DNA of 64,000 nucleotides from Clostridia bacterium (GCA_041687355.1 JAWLCD010000001.1:29424-93423), one strand, 5' to 3'. Shown: positions 1 to 9,878, counted from the first letter of the stretch. The notes: generated from the sequence alone by a model not told the origin. Numbers and translations are program-made.

Positions 1-231
1 TGCATCTTTAACCTGTCCGACCTCCCTCTGAGCCAGGATGGCAGCCGCACCTCTATCCAGGGCATCATTAATAAAGTCATGTCCGTCGAGTTTATAGCCC
101 TTTATACAAACAAAGAGTCCGCCCGGACCTACCTCTCTTGAATCATAGGCTATATGGCTGATATCAATGTCAGTCGCGGGGCTATCTATTCTAATTTCAT
201 CCAGTCCATCCAAAAGCTTTTCCAAAAGCAT
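1..231 (-). CDS. murE: UDP-N-acetylmuramoyl-L-alanyl-D-glutamate--2,6-diaminopimelate ligase, N-terminal fragment running off the window
   Basis: Reverse-strand ATG at 231 is preceded by ggagg 6 nt upstream. Translation MLLEKLLDGLDEIRIDSPATDIDISHIAYDSREVGPGGLFVCIKGYKLDGHDF is a Mur-ligase N-terminus. It follows the PBP gene as in dcw clusters. Confidence 0.8.
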   Translation of the reverse strand, partial: MLLEKLLDGLDEIRIDSPATDIDISHIAYDSREVGPGGLFVCIKGYKLDGHDFINDALDRGAAAILAQREVGQVKDA

Positions 232-307
232 CTCAAACCTCCAGCTCGTATTATAGTTAATCATTAACCTAGCGTATCGTTATTAATCATCTTTATCCCA
301 AATAATT

Positions 308-2482
308 CTATTCAACTTCGGTCGGAGCAAACTCCACTTTGATTTCAGTGCCCATCTGGACTTCGGTACCTGCAGCAGGCTCCTGTCTAATTACTTCTCC
401 AGACCCCAGTATCCTGATATTCAGGCCAAGGTCTTTGAGAATCCTTGCAGCCTCCAGCGCCGTCTTCTTCCCCAAATCCGGGACTGTTACCCTTTCTGCC
501 TCTCCACCTTCATTAGTAAATAGAATGACCTGCGATTTTGCGGATATAACTACATCAGGCTTGGGACTTTGCTGATTAATAACCGCTTCGTCTCCCATAT
601 CCTGGCCGCTCACCCTGTATTCCAGTCCTGCCTCTTTAAGGATTGTCTTCGCATCCTTTAGGGTCTTACCCCTAACCTCAGGCACCCTTACTTCACTTAC
701 CGCCATCTCCTCAGGTGAATATCTGGGCTGAATTTTCAAATATGGCAGAATGTCTGCAAGAATCCTCCCTGCTACAGGTGCAGCGATAGCACCTCCCATA
801 TGGCTTTCACCTTTGGGGTCGTTCAACACAATCAGGACTGCCACTTCAGGATTGTCAGCCGGTGCAAGCGCAACAAATGATGCTACGTAAACGCCTGTAT
901 TGATACCCTGATCAGCCGTACCGGTCTTACCGGCTACTCTGTACCCACTTACTTTTGCCCCCGAACCTGTACCTTCAGACACCACACTTTCCATAATATC
1001 TCTCATAACAGCCGAGGTTTCGGAGGAAATAACCTGTCTTACCACCTGAGGTTCCAATCTCTGGATAATGTTCCCCTCTTGGTCTCTAAGCTCTTTAACC
1101 AATTGGGGCTTCATAAGCTTCCCTCCATTGGCAACAGCTGAAACTGCAGTTATTAGTCCGATAGGTGTTACCTTTATCCTCTGCCCGAATGAGATGGTAG
1201 CCAGCTCAACCGGTCCTATCCTAGCCATATCATGGAATATCCCTTGAGCCTCACCTGGAAGTTCTATACCAGTTTTGCTCTGCAGGCCAAAGGCATTAAT
1301 ATACTTGAAGAATTTCTCTTTGCCCAGTCTCTTTCCCACTTCAACAAATACTGGATTACAAGAGTTCTGTACCGCCTGCTTGAAGGTCTGAAGTCCATGT
1401 GTTCTTCCATAGGCGAGCCTCCAGCATTTTATTCTATGACCCTCGACCACTGTGTAGCCTGTACAGGTAAAATTCTCCTCAGATTTAACAATACCTTCTT
1501 CCAGGCCAGCCACTGACGTCATAATCTTGAATGTTGAGCCCGGTTCATATGTATCAGCAACAGCAGGGTTTCTCCACATCCTCTGCAAAGCAAGACTCCG
1601 TTCCTCTCTGGTCATATTGGTCCACTCTGCCTTCAGATCTTCAGTGTTAGGTTCAAAGGGGTTGTTAAGGTCAAAGTCCGGTTTAACCGACATAGCCAGT
1701 ATTTCTCCGGTTCCCGGCTTCATTACAATGGCAATTGCTCCCCCAAGACATTTGTTGTCCACAACTGCATTTTCTATGTGGCGGTCTGCAATATGTTGAA
1801 TTGTTTCATCAATTGTTAAAACAACGTTTGTTCCGTCTTTAGGGCTGATAAACCTTTCCTTTTTAAAAGGCATATCTTTTCCACTTGCGTCAGTTTCAGA
1901 CACTATTCTTCCGGGTAGTCCTTTCAGAACCTTCTCGTAGGTCAGCTCTATTCCATCCAGCCCCTGGTTGTCAGTTCCGGTGAAACCAATCACATAACTT
2001 GCAAGGCTGTTATAGGGATAATATCTCTTTGTATCTTCATTGATTTTTATTCCCAGGATATCATTATCTAAAATCCACTTTCTTATAAGCTCTGTTTTAT
2101 CCATTTCAACTCTACGTTTGACAACTTCAATTGAACTGGCCTTATTTGATGCCTTCTTAAATACCTCATCATAATCCATGTCAAGTATTTCACTAAGTTT
2201 TCTTGCTACCTCTTCTGCATTCTCTATCTGCTTGGGAATAACACTGACAGTGTCCACCGAGGCACTGATAGCAAGTTCCTTGAGATTCCTATCATAAATA
2301 GTACCCCTCTTGGGATTTATTATTCTATCTCTGGTCTGCTGCTCTATCGCCATGCGTTGAAGTTCAGCCCCATTAACAATCTGAATCCATCCTGTTCTAA
2401 ATATTAGCAAAGCTACTATTATTGAAAATAGTAGCAATAGCACGAACTCTCTTTTTCTGATTTTCAGGCCCGGTACAGCCAA
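308..2482 (-). CDS. Class B penicillin-binding protein (FtsI/PBP2B/SpoVD family) with two C-terminal PASTA repeats
   Basis: 724-aa ORF with a TTG start behind ggggagggg. It has an N-terminal TM helix, a dimerisation domain and transpeptidase motifs (STFK, KTGT). Two PASTA-like repeats sit at the C-terminus, and the gene is in dcw context. Confidence 0.9.
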   Translation of the reverse strand: MAVPGLKIRKREFVLLLLFSIIVALLIFRTGWIQIVNGAELQRMAIEQQTRDRIINPKRGTIYDRNLKELAISASVDTVSVIPKQIENAEEVARKLSEILDMDYDEVFKKASNKASSIEVVKRRVEMDKTELIRKWILDNDILGIKINEDTKRYYPYNSLASYVIGFTGTDNQGLDGIELTYEKVLKGLPGRIVSETDASGKDMPFKKERFISPKDGTNVVLTIDETIQHIADRHIENAVVDNKCLGGAIAIVMKPGTGEILAMSVKPDFDLNNPFEPNTEDLKAEWTNMTREERSLALQRMWRNPAVADTYEPGSTFKIMTSVAGLEEGIVKSEENFTCTGYTVVEGHRIKCWRLAYGRTHGLQTFKQAVQNSCNPVFVEVGKRLGKEKFFKYINAFGLQSKTGIELPGEAQGIFHDMARIGPVELATISFGQRIKVTPIGLITAVSAVANGGKLMKPQLVKELRDQEGNIIQRLEPQVVRQVISSETSAVMRDIMESVVSEGTGSGAKVSGYRVAGKTGTADQGINTGVYVASFVALAPADNPEVAVLIVLNDPKGESHMGGAIAAPVAGRILADILPYLKIQPRYSPEEMAVSEVRVPEVRGKTLKDAKTILKEAGLEYRVSGQDMGDEAVINQQSPKPDVVISAKSQVILFTNEGGEAERVTVPDLGKKTALEAARILKDLGLNIRILGSGEVIRQEPAAGTEVQMGTEIKVEFAPTEVE

Positions 2483-2601
2483 ATTCTACCCCTCCCCGGC
2501 TAAGTTGATGGTTCCTTGTAAGCGGTTCGCTGCCTATAGGTTGTGGTATGTATACGCCTGCCAGCCAATAAAGTCCAACTATTTCAGTAGTTTGTTGTAA
2601 C

Positions 2602-3087
2602 CTAGTATAAATACCTTACAAGTTCAGAAATCCCTTGGGTTAAAGTCCCAAAGACTCCTGTATCACGCAGCCTATCGGCGTCCGCATTTCCATGCACTTC
2701 GGTAAAGTCACTTTTCTGCAGCTGCAGGTACACCACTTGATTCTTATCCATATACTGCATACCCAGTCTTTCAATTGCTGCCTTTTCAATCTCTTTCAAA
2801 TCAATCTTTCTATCCATTTCAACCTTAAGCTGACTGTTGGCTTTCTGGAGTTGATTCACTTCTGTTTTAAGCTTTGCCAGCCTCTGGTTATACTCATTTA
2901 TTTGTGAGTATCTGAAGAGAATAAATAAACATAACAAAAAAGCAAATACTATTGCACATACAGCCTTAAACTTCCTTAAGGCATTTCTCCTTGTCACTAC
3001 AACCTCCCTGACCTTCTTACTGCGCGCCTGAACATTGTCGTACTCAGTCAGATAATTGCAGCTGCTTTTCTTTTGTGCTGGTAACAA
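2602..3087 (-). CDS. ftsL: Cell division protein FtsL-like (single TM helix plus coiled coil)
   Basis: 161-aa ORF with a TTG start 7 nt after gaaggggtg. It has a basic N-terminus, one TM helix (AVCAIVFAFLLCLFILF) and then a heptad-rich coiled coil. It lies between rsmH and the PBP gene. Confidence 0.7.
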   Translation of the reverse strand: MLPAQKKSSCNYLTEYDNVQARSKKVREVVVTRRNALRKFKAVCAIVFAFLLCLFILFRYSQINEYNQRLAKLKTEVNQLQKANSQLKVEMDRKIDLKEIEKAAIERLGMQYMDKNQVVYLQLQKSDFTEVHGNADADRLRDTGVFGTLTQGISELVRYLY

Positions 3088-3599
3088 TTCTATTCACCCC
3101 TTCAGATATATATTACTTGCGAAATGCTATATACAAGCCAATTAGTTTAATACAGTTTATTGTCTGGTAATGGATAACCTGTTAAAATTCCTTCCGCCTG
3201 TAGAGAAAAAAATAACCGAGTTCTATTAAGAACAATCGGAATATGTCTTCGACTTTTGCAGTCTTTAACTTTTTCTGCAGTTTTTCTCTCCTTATACTCA
3301 CATTCTTGGAGGTGAACCCGTTGAGTGAAAAGGGACACCTCCGCAACGCGAGTATACTACAGGTTTGTCTTTTGTTAATTTTCTCTTTCTTTTCTTTTGT
3401 AGTTTAACACTTCCTCTTTTGTTTGTTACACTTTTTTCTTTGGTTAATAATACTGTTTTCTTTTGTTTCTGATAATCTTTATCTTTGGTTTCTTGGTTCT
3501 TTTCTTTAGTATTTAAGCTTTTCTCTTTAGTTCCCCTGTTGTCTACAGCTTTATTATGTTAAGGTTTTGAGCGCAGAACGCTCTAAACTTTCGGTATCA

Positions 3600-4544
3600 T
3601 TATTCAAAACAGCTTTTTTCAAAAACTCTAAGCTTTGCACTTCTTGACCTTGGGTTATCGGCAACCTCACATTCGGTCGGTTCTATGGGCTTGTTATTTA
3701 CAATCCTGCCCCATCTTTTGCTTCCACATCTACATAACGGTAAATCTTTAGGACAAGTACATCTGCCTGTCAGAGAAACAAACACCTGCTTGACAATTCT
3801 GTCTTCAAGGGAGTGAAAGGTGATGACACATATTCTTCCTCCCTGCGCCAAGCACTCTACCGCAGTAATTATCGAGTTTTCAAGTATTCCAAGCTCATTG
3901 TTTACCTCTATCCTTATGGCCTGAAATGTTCTCTTTGCAGGGTGCGGTCCTTTACGTCTGGCTGCAGATGGTATTGCTTTTTTAATTATCTCAGACAGTT
4001 CACTCGTAGTCTTTATTCTGGTTATATTTCTATGCTTAACTATAAATTCAGCTATTCTCTTGGCCCATCTCTCTTCGCCATATGTAAATATTATTGATGC
4101 AAGTTTATCTCTATCATATTCATTTACTATATGCTCTGCAGTTAAATCCTGAGTCTTATCCATTCTCATATCGAGGATGGAGTCGGTCTGATAACTAAAT
4201 CCTCTCTGAGGATTATCCAACTGGTACGATGAGACACCCAGGTCCATTATTATCCCGTCCACTCCCTCATCTGCGTTTTCTTTCAGTATTCGCTTAATAT
4301 CAGAGTAATTTCCATGTACCAGCCTTACTTTTGTAGTTACCCCTCTTAATTTTGATTCTGTGGCCTTAATTGCTTCCTGGTCTCTATCTATAGCAATTAT
4401 CAAACCATTTTCATTCAGTCTTTTTGCTACCTCGTATGAATGACCCCCTCCCCCTGCAGTACAATCTACATATATACCATCTGGTTTAACCTGCAGGAAG
4501 TTTGTAGTCTCTTTCAACAAAACGGGTTTATGTATAAAATCCAT
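3600..4544 (-). CDS. rsmH: 16S rRNA (cytosine1402-N4)-methyltransferase
   Basis: 314 aa with the typical MraW/RsmH N-terminus HKPVLLKE and the SAM motif DCTAGGGGHS. It lies immediately downstream of mraZ. Confidence 0.95.
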   Translation of the reverse strand: MDFIHKPVLLKETTNFLQVKPDGIYVDCTAGGGGHSYEVAKRLNENGLIIAIDRDQEAIKATESKLRGVTTKVRLVHGNYSDIKRILKENADEGVDGIIMDLGVSSYQLDNPQRGFSYQTDSILDMRMDKTQDLTAEHIVNEYDRDKLASIIFTYGEERWAKRIAEFIVKHRNITRIKTTSELSEIIKKAIPSAARRKGPHPAKRTFQAIRIEVNNELGILENSIITAVECLAQGGRICVITFHSLEDRIVKQVFVSLTGRCTCPKDLPLCRCGSKRWGRIVNNKPIEPTECEVADNPRSRSAKLRVFEKSCFE

Positions 4545-4554
4545 AGTCCACCTG

Positions 4555-4986
4555 TCAAATCCCCAACGAAGACATCTTTTCAGCTATAGTGTCTGCGTCC
4601 ATTCCAGCATCACTGTTATAAGATTCCCATTTATCCTTACTCCAGATTTCTATCCTGGTAGAAACACCGGTGATAACAATCTCTTTGTCCAGTCTCGCAT
4701 ATTCTCTCAGGTTCGATGGAATCAGAATTCTTCCCTGCTTGTCTACCTCACATTCAGCAGCACCCGAGAAGAAAAACCTGATAAATGCTCTTGCATCCTT
4801 GTTTGCAAGTGGAAGAACTTTTAGTTTGTTCTCAAGATTGCTCCATTCTTCAGGTGAATATACAAATAGGCATTCATCCAACCCCTTGGTTACTACAAAC
4901 CTTTCACCAAGCCCCTCCCTGAATCTAGAGGGCATTATTATTCTTCCCTTGGCATCAATTGTGTGTTGGTATTCGCCTATAAACAT
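4555..4986 (-). CDS. mraZ: Transcriptional regulator MraZ
   Basis: The ORF-track frame is trimmed to the ATG at 4986 ([15 protein letters not shown]), which has gaagggtga upstream. The protein shows the duplicated SpoVT/AbrB-like MraZ halves. Confidence 0.95.
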   Translation of the reverse strand: MFIGEYQHTIDAKGRIIMPSRFREGLGERFVVTKGLDECLFVYSPEEWSNLENKLKVLPLANKDARAFIRFFFSGAAECEVDKQGRILIPSNLREYARLDKEIVITGVSTRIEIWSKDKWESYNSDAGMDADTIAEKMSSLGI

Positions 4987-5014
4987 TTCTTTCACCCTTC
5001 GAGTGGCACACCCA

Positions 5015-5041
5015 ACCACTTGCCACCACTTTCTACCACTT
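5015..5041 (-). promoter_or_regulatory. Putative MraZ operator: three direct AAGTGGT repeats phased exactly 10 bp apart
   Basis: The minus strand reads AAGTGGTAGA AAGTGGTGGC AAGTGGTTGG. The plus strand has accactt at 5015, 5025 and 5035. The site lies 30-55 nt upstream of the mraZ ATG. It resembles the 10-bp-phased direct-repeat MraZ boxes described in E. coli and Mollicutes. Confidence 0.65.
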
Positions 5042-5111
5042 TAATGCTATTTTATTATATTTCTTTTTTATTAGCAAGCCTAATTTTAATTTTTTTTAAA
5101 AAACTTAAATA

Positions 5112-5140
5112 AAAAAGACAAGATTTATTTCTTGTCTTTG
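5112..5140 (-). terminator. Rho-independent terminator after the Spo0E-like gene
   Basis: The minus strand reads agacaag-aaataaat-cttgtct followed by tttttt. Confidence 0.6.
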
Positions 5141-5182
5141 CTGCTTATTATATACTTAGACATATTTTAAACATGCTCTCTG

Positions 5183-5329
5183 TCACTTTTTTATTGAAGA
5201 CCTACTGTAGAATTCCACTATAAGCTTGTCCAGTATCAGACTTTTTATATACACTTCCTGGAACGTCGCTCCGCTGGCTATCAAGTCATCCAGTTCCCTT
5301 CTCAAATCATTTATTTTGTATTCAATCAT
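5183..5329 (-). CDS. Spo0E-family sporulation regulatory (aspartyl-phosphate phosphatase-like) small protein
   Basis: Start moved to the ATG at 5329, with gaggtga 5 nt upstream. The 48-aa product is MIEYKINDLRRELDDLIASGATFQEVYIKSLILDKLIVEFY. It is a two-helix protein with the Spo0E-like S-x-x-LD-x-LI-x-x-Y signature. Confidence 0.55.
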   Translation of the reverse strand: MIEYKINDLRRELDDLIASGATFQEVYIKSLILDKLIVEFYSRSSIKK

Positions 5330-5521
5330 ACAAATCACCTCATGTATTTTTGTTGATTGGTTGTACCTGATTTGATGGAGCAACTCAACAAAGGCGTATA
5401 AATATTAAGGATTCTAGGTCTCAATCAGGTTAGTTACTCAATTCTTGTGTATCATGTTATATCAATATACAGAAGTTGTCAATATATTACAGTAAATTTT
5501 TGTAAATTTGTTTTTTCTTAT

Positions 5522-6367
5522 CTATTTGTCTAGAGATGTAGGATTATCTGCCTTTCGGCCGTCAGTTTCAGATAAGACAGCCGCCCGCTTTCTTCTTATC
5601 AAAATAACAAGAGCCAGACTCACTGCAAAAACTCCAGCAAGCAGCTGGGATACCCTGAACCCTCCCAGCATAAGGCTGTCTATTCTCAAGCCTTCAATCC
5701 AGAATCGTCCGCAGCCGTAAAGAACCATATATAGGAAGAACACTTCCCCAGGTAATTTGTTTCTTTTTCTGTACCATATTAACAGTATAAAAACTCCCAG
5801 ATTCCATAGAGATTCATACAGGAAGGTGGGATGTACCGAAATGGTTGAAATCTCGTCAGGCGCAGTTATCTCCATTCTCCACGGCAGGTTGGTCTGCGTG
5901 CCGTAGGCCTCAGTATTCACAAAGTTACCCCACCGTCCAACAGCTTGGCCCAGGGCAAGGTATGGTACGGCAAAATCGAAGAACTTTAGGATACTTAACT
6001 TTCTTCTCTTAGCAAAAATATATGCAGTAATTATCGCGGCCAGTATTGCTCCATAGATACCCAGCCCACCGTTCCAGATTGCAAATATCTCAAGAGGGTT
6101 TTGTGCATATTCTTCCCACTTGAAAGCTACGTAATAAAGCCTTGCTCCTATTACAGCGGCAGGTATGACAAATAACGCAAAATCAATAATATCATCCTGT
6201 TTTATCCCAAACTTCTTTGCATCCCGCAGCGCCAGACCTATACAAATCAGAAATGCAAACGAAATTATAATTCCATACCAGTAAATTTCTCTGCCAAATA
6301 TGGTAAATGCAACCGGGTTAATACTGAATTCCCCAATACCCAACCCGGGAAAAGCAATCCTTGACAT
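5522..6367 (-). CDS. lgt: Prolipoprotein diacylglyceryl transferase
   Basis: 281-aa polytopic membrane protein with the typical Lgt N-terminus (IAFPGLGIGEFSINPVAF...YWYG) and the conserved GRxGN motif (GRWGNFVN). Confidence 0.95.
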   Translation of the reverse strand: MSRIAFPGLGIGEFSINPVAFTIFGREIYWYGIIISFAFLICIGLALRDAKKFGIKQDDIIDFALFVIPAAVIGARLYYVAFKWEEYAQNPLEIFAIWNGGLGIYGAILAAIITAYIFAKRRKLSILKFFDFAVPYLALGQAVGRWGNFVNTEAYGTQTNLPWRMEITAPDEISTISVHPTFLYESLWNLGVFILLIWYRKRNKLPGEVFFLYMVLYGCGRFWIEGLRIDSLMLGGFRVSQLLAGVFAVSLALVILIRRKRAAVLSETDGRKADNPTSLDK

Positions 6368-6370
6368 GCT

Positions 6371-7663
6371 TTAAACCTCCTGACCCGGAATTACTGTTGA
6401 CAAAGCCATCCTTTCAGCAACAAAGTGCTTGTCAAAGATATCACATATCTGGTCAAAGCTTATTGATTTATACATATCTATATAGTCAAACAATTCTATT
6501 CCCCTGAAATAATTGGCTGTAAACTCTCGTGCAGTTCTATCAACCGAATTAAACAGTTTTACATAACTACCCAGCTTCATTTTCCTTATTCTCTCGAAAT
6601 CTTCCTCACTCAAACCGCTTCGGGTAATTGATTTAACAGCCTCTGCAACCCTTTCATAAACTTCCTGGGGGGACTTTGACTCTCCGCTTACAGCAGAATA
6701 GCTGTACCCTCCTTCAAATGTATAGTCAGCGTCAAAATTGGAGGTGATTAATCCATTCTCATACAGCTGTTTGTAAAGGTCAGAGGCCTTTCCGAATATC
6801 ATTTCCATTAATATTTTCATTCCTGTATCATGCAAAACCGGGCGTTCCACTACCTCCCCAGTGTTTTCTTTGAAGCCCAATACAAATAAGGGGGTTGCAA
6901 CCTTCATTTTATTCTGTACAGACTGTCGGTTTATCTGGGCAGGCTCATCGGGAAATACACGTTTAATTTCAGGCATATCCTCTTTTATCTTCTGACTAGC
7001 CTGGACCGTTTCAAAAATCCGTGCCGGCTCTACATCTCCTACAACACACACAATCATATTGGACGGGTGGTAAAATGTGTTATAGCATCTGTATAGTACT
7101 TCCTTATTTATTTCAGATATGGACTCGACAGTTCCGGCAATATCAATTTTTACCGGATGGTTATGGTACAGGGCATCAAGGAAGCTAAAGAATACCCGCC
7201 AGCTTGGATTATCTTCATACATACGTATTTCCTGCTCAATAATTCCTTTTTCCTTTTCCACGCTTTGGTCAGTAAGGTAAGGGCTTTGCACAAAATCCAT
7301 CAGGAGTTTAAAACTCTCATCAAAGTTCTCGGTACACGAGAACAGATATGCAGTATGATCAAAGCTGGTATAGGCATTGGCTGATGCTCCCAGTGTGGAA
7401 AACTTCTCAAGAACAGGAAGGTCATCTTCTGTTTCAAATAGTTTATGCTCAAGAAAATGTGCTATTCCATCAGGAACTCTTGTAGGCTGTTTCTCTCCAG
7501 GAACTATAAAGGTATTGTCTATGGAACCATAGTGAGTGGCATAAGTAGCGTATTTCTTTGTATATCCACGCTTTGGCAGTACAAAAGCCTTTAGTCCATT
7601 ATTATACTCACACAAGTGTATGCTCTCTTTCAAAGTCTGGTTTTTAATAATCGATGTTTTCAT
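6371..7663 (-). CDS. M16 (pitrilysin/insulinase) family zinc peptidase, catalytic partner
   Basis: Contains the inverted zinc motif HxxEH (HFLEH). Start set at the ATG at 7663, 6 nt after gggagg. It is paired with a second M16 gene upstream. Confidence 0.85.
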   Translation of the reverse strand: MKTSIIKNQTLKESIHLCEYNNGLKAFVLPKRGYTKKYATYATHYGSIDNTFIVPGEKQPTRVPDGIAHFLEHKLFETEDDLPVLEKFSTLGASANAYTSFDHTAYLFSCTENFDESFKLLMDFVQSPYLTDQSVEKEKGIIEQEIRMYEDNPSWRVFFSFLDALYHNHPVKIDIAGTVESISEINKEVLYRCYNTFYHPSNMIVCVVGDVEPARIFETVQASQKIKEDMPEIKRVFPDEPAQINRQSVQNKMKVATPLFVLGFKENTGEVVERPVLHDTGMKILMEMIFGKASDLYKQLYENGLITSNFDADYTFEGGYSYSAVSGESKSPQEVYERVAEAVKSITRSGLSEEDFERIRKMKLGSYVKLFNSVDRTAREFTANYFRGIELFDYIDMYKSISFDQICDIFDKHFVAERMALSTVIPGQEV

Positions 7664-7708
7664 ATTCATCCTCCCATCCACAAAAAGCGTTTGACTCAGC
7701 ATACTGCT

Positions 7709-8995
7709 TCAGGAACGGTTTTTGGGCTTTAAAAAGTATACTGTATCCAGCTTAATCTTATGCGCAACCCTTACAATATCTTCACGTTTTACATCTTTAA
7801 TCCTGTTTATTATGGTTTGGAAATCATAGTTTTTATCCATTATGGATTGAACAAGAAAGAAATCAACCATCTGCAAAGGTTCATCGGTTATTGCTCGTAT
7901 GCTGTTTTCTAGAACCTTTTTCGAAGAGTCAAATTCAAAGTCTGAGATATTCCCTTCCTTCAATTCCTCCACCTGTCTAAGAATTATTTCTCGGGTCTTT
8001 TCATAATTCGCAGCCTCAATACCGCTGCCTACCATCATAAGTCCCTTTATCTTTTCAAGTCGTGCAAAGGCATAATACGCAAGGCTGGCCTTTTCTCTTA
8101 CATTCTGGTGCAGCTTGGAATGTGCCCCCCCTCCCAGAATACTGCTGTAGACCAACGACGCATAGTAATCCGGGTCATCAGCGGCAACGTTGGTTCTGAA
8201 GCCCATAGACAATTTTCCCTGAGTTACGTCCATTTCTTCAACAAAGGCATTAACTTCCCTTACATCCTTCACAGTGTCTTCGGGAGCAATGTTGTTATTA
8301 TTAGTTGTTTTTATGTCCAGTAAGTTCTCAAGCCTTGAAATCCAGCTGTCATCAATATTTCCAACAATGACTACATCAATTTTGGAGTTAGATACTGCAT
8401 CTGAATACCGCCCAGCCAGCGCTGCCGGTGATATGCCGTCCAGGTCATCAATACAACCCCATTCGTGTAAACCGTATCTTTCATCCTTACACATCAACTC
8501 GTAACACCTTTCAACGGCATACTGTGTCTTGTCATTTATTCTACTCCGGATCATTTTCCCCAAATTTTGCTTCTCTTGCATAACATACTCTTCCCTAAAT
8601 CTCCCGTCATTTATAAGTGGGTTGGATACTATGCTGTTTAGCATCAGGGCACAGGAATCAAAAACGTTGTCTCCTGACTCTAGAAATCTATCATTTACTC
8701 CATCTATGTAAAAATGTAGTATCTGACGTTCTCCCTTTTTAACAACTCCACAGTTGAATGTACTTCCATATAAACTTTCCAGCTTCCTGGAAATCTCCTG
8801 CATGGTTGGATAGTCTTTACTCCCCCGTCTGAGAACCATAGGTAGAAGAGCATTCTGGGTAACTGTGGTACGGTCAAGCTGATTATGAATAAACAGGTTA
8901 ATAGAAGTGGTTTTGAATTTATCGGTATAAACCGATATTATGTTTACCCCGCTGCCTGTTTTATGCTTACCTGATTTGATTTTGTTTTCGGTCAA
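7709..8995 (-). CDS. M16 family peptidase-like protein lacking the HxxEH motif (non-catalytic partner)
   Basis: 428 aa of M16-like length and composition, but I find no HxxEH. The active/inactive pair arrangement matches YmfF/YmfH-type pairs. The start is TTG. Confidence 0.75.
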   Translation of the reverse strand: MTENKIKSGKHKTGSGVNIISVYTDKFKTTSINLFIHNQLDRTTVTQNALLPMVLRRGSKDYPTMQEISRKLESLYGSTFNCGVVKKGERQILHFYIDGVNDRFLESGDNVFDSCALMLNSIVSNPLINDGRFREEYVMQEKQNLGKMIRSRINDKTQYAVERCYELMCKDERYGLHEWGCIDDLDGISPAALAGRYSDAVSNSKIDVVIVGNIDDSWISRLENLLDIKTTNNNNIAPEDTVKDVREVNAFVEEMDVTQGKLSMGFRTNVAADDPDYYASLVYSSILGGGAHSKLHQNVREKASLAYYAFARLEKIKGLMMVGSGIEAANYEKTREIILRQVEELKEGNISDFEFDSSKKVLENSIRAITDEPLQMVDFFLVQSIMDKNYDFQTIINRIKDVKREDIVRVAHKIKLDTVYFLKPKNRS

Positions 8996-9065
8996 AATTT
9001 CACGCCCTTTCCAGCCGTTTTCACAATAATAGTATAGTTATTTTACCATTAAATATGCGTCCGGG

Positions 9066-9100
9066 GCAAAAGCAAGGGGCAACTTATCAATTGCCCCTTG
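9066..9100 (-). terminator. Terminator hairpin after the yqeY-like gene
   Basis: A 10-bp stem caaggggcaa/ttgccccttg (9073-9082 and 9091-9100), followed on the minus strand by cttttg. Confidence 0.55.
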
Positions 9101-9113
9101 TTTACGATTGAAA

Positions 9114-9557
9114 TTATTGTAGAAATTTCCTTACTGCCTGATTAACCATTTTTCCATCGGCCCTGCCCTTAACTTTTGGTAGAACCGCTGACATAACTTT
9201 CCCTATGTCTCTTAAACTCTCGGCTCCGGTCTGGTCAATGGTTTCTTTTACTAACTTATCCAACTCCTGTTCTGTCATCTGTTCGGGGAGGTACTTCATC
9301 AGGATATCAATCTCTCTATGGAGAGCTTTTATCAAATCCTCCCGACCGCTTTTTTCATATTCAGGAAGCGAATCTTTCCTCTTCTTTACCTCTTTTGCAA
9401 TAATCTCAATAACACCATCTTCGTCCAGCGTAACCCTTTTGTCCTTCTCAGCCTGGAGGATGGCTGATCGGACCATTGTTATAGCATTTTTTCTAATCTC
9501 ATCCTTCTCTCTCATTGCGGTTTTTAATTCTTCAAGAAGCTTATCTCTAAGACTCAT
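9114..9557 (-). CDS. GatB/YqeY domain-containing protein
   Basis: 147 aa with the typical YqeY start MSLRDKLLEELKTAMREKD. It lies downstream of rpsU, as in many Firmicutes. Confidence 0.85.
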   Translation of the reverse strand: MSLRDKLLEELKTAMREKDEIRKNAITMVRSAILQAEKDKRVTLDEDGVIEIIAKEVKKRKDSLPEYEKSGREDLIKALHREIDILMKYLPEQMTEQELDKLVKETIDQTGAESLRDIGKVMSAVLPKVKGRADGKMVNQAVRKFLQ

Positions 9558-9576
9558 ATTAAAAACACCTTTCAGA

Positions 9577-9753
9577 TTATCTTGTTTTTCGTTTTCTTGC
9601 AGCCTCAGATTTCTTCTTTCTCTTTACGCTGGGCTTATCGTAATGTTCCCTTTTCCTGATTTCGGATAGAACCCCTGCTTTTGCGCACTGTTTTTTAAAT
9701 CTTTTTAGTGCACTATCTATGGATTCATTATCTTTTATTCTTATCTCTGACAT
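9577..9753 (-). CDS. rpsU: 30S ribosomal protein S21
   Basis: Not in the ORF track because it is 58 aa. The ATG at 9753 follows ggagggagggaagagac. The translation is [58 protein letters not shown]. Confidence 0.9.
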   Translation of the reverse strand: MSEIRIKDNESIDSALKRFKKQCAKAGVLSEIRKREHYDKPSVKRKKKSEAARKRKTR

Positions 9754-9848
9754 GTCTCTTCCCTCCCTCCGATGGCATTATTGTTTCTGGTCATTTCCTT
9801 GGTTTGTAAACGCTAAAATATTCAATTTTTGTGAAGATACACACGAAT

Positions 9849-9878
9849 ATTATAACTTACGCCTCAAAGGCATGTCAA
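9849..9878 (-). promoter_or_regulatory. SigA-type promoter for rpsU
   Basis: The minus strand has TTGACA (9878-9873), an 18-nt spacer and TATAAT (9854-9849). Confidence 0.6.

Noticed and set aside
3147-3338. 63-aa GTG-initiated ORF in the rsmH-ftsL spacer
   Set aside because: It has no SD, and its low-complexity sequence lies in a compositionally skewed spacer. It is in a different frame from the long lysine-rich frame with no start codon, and it resembles no family I know.
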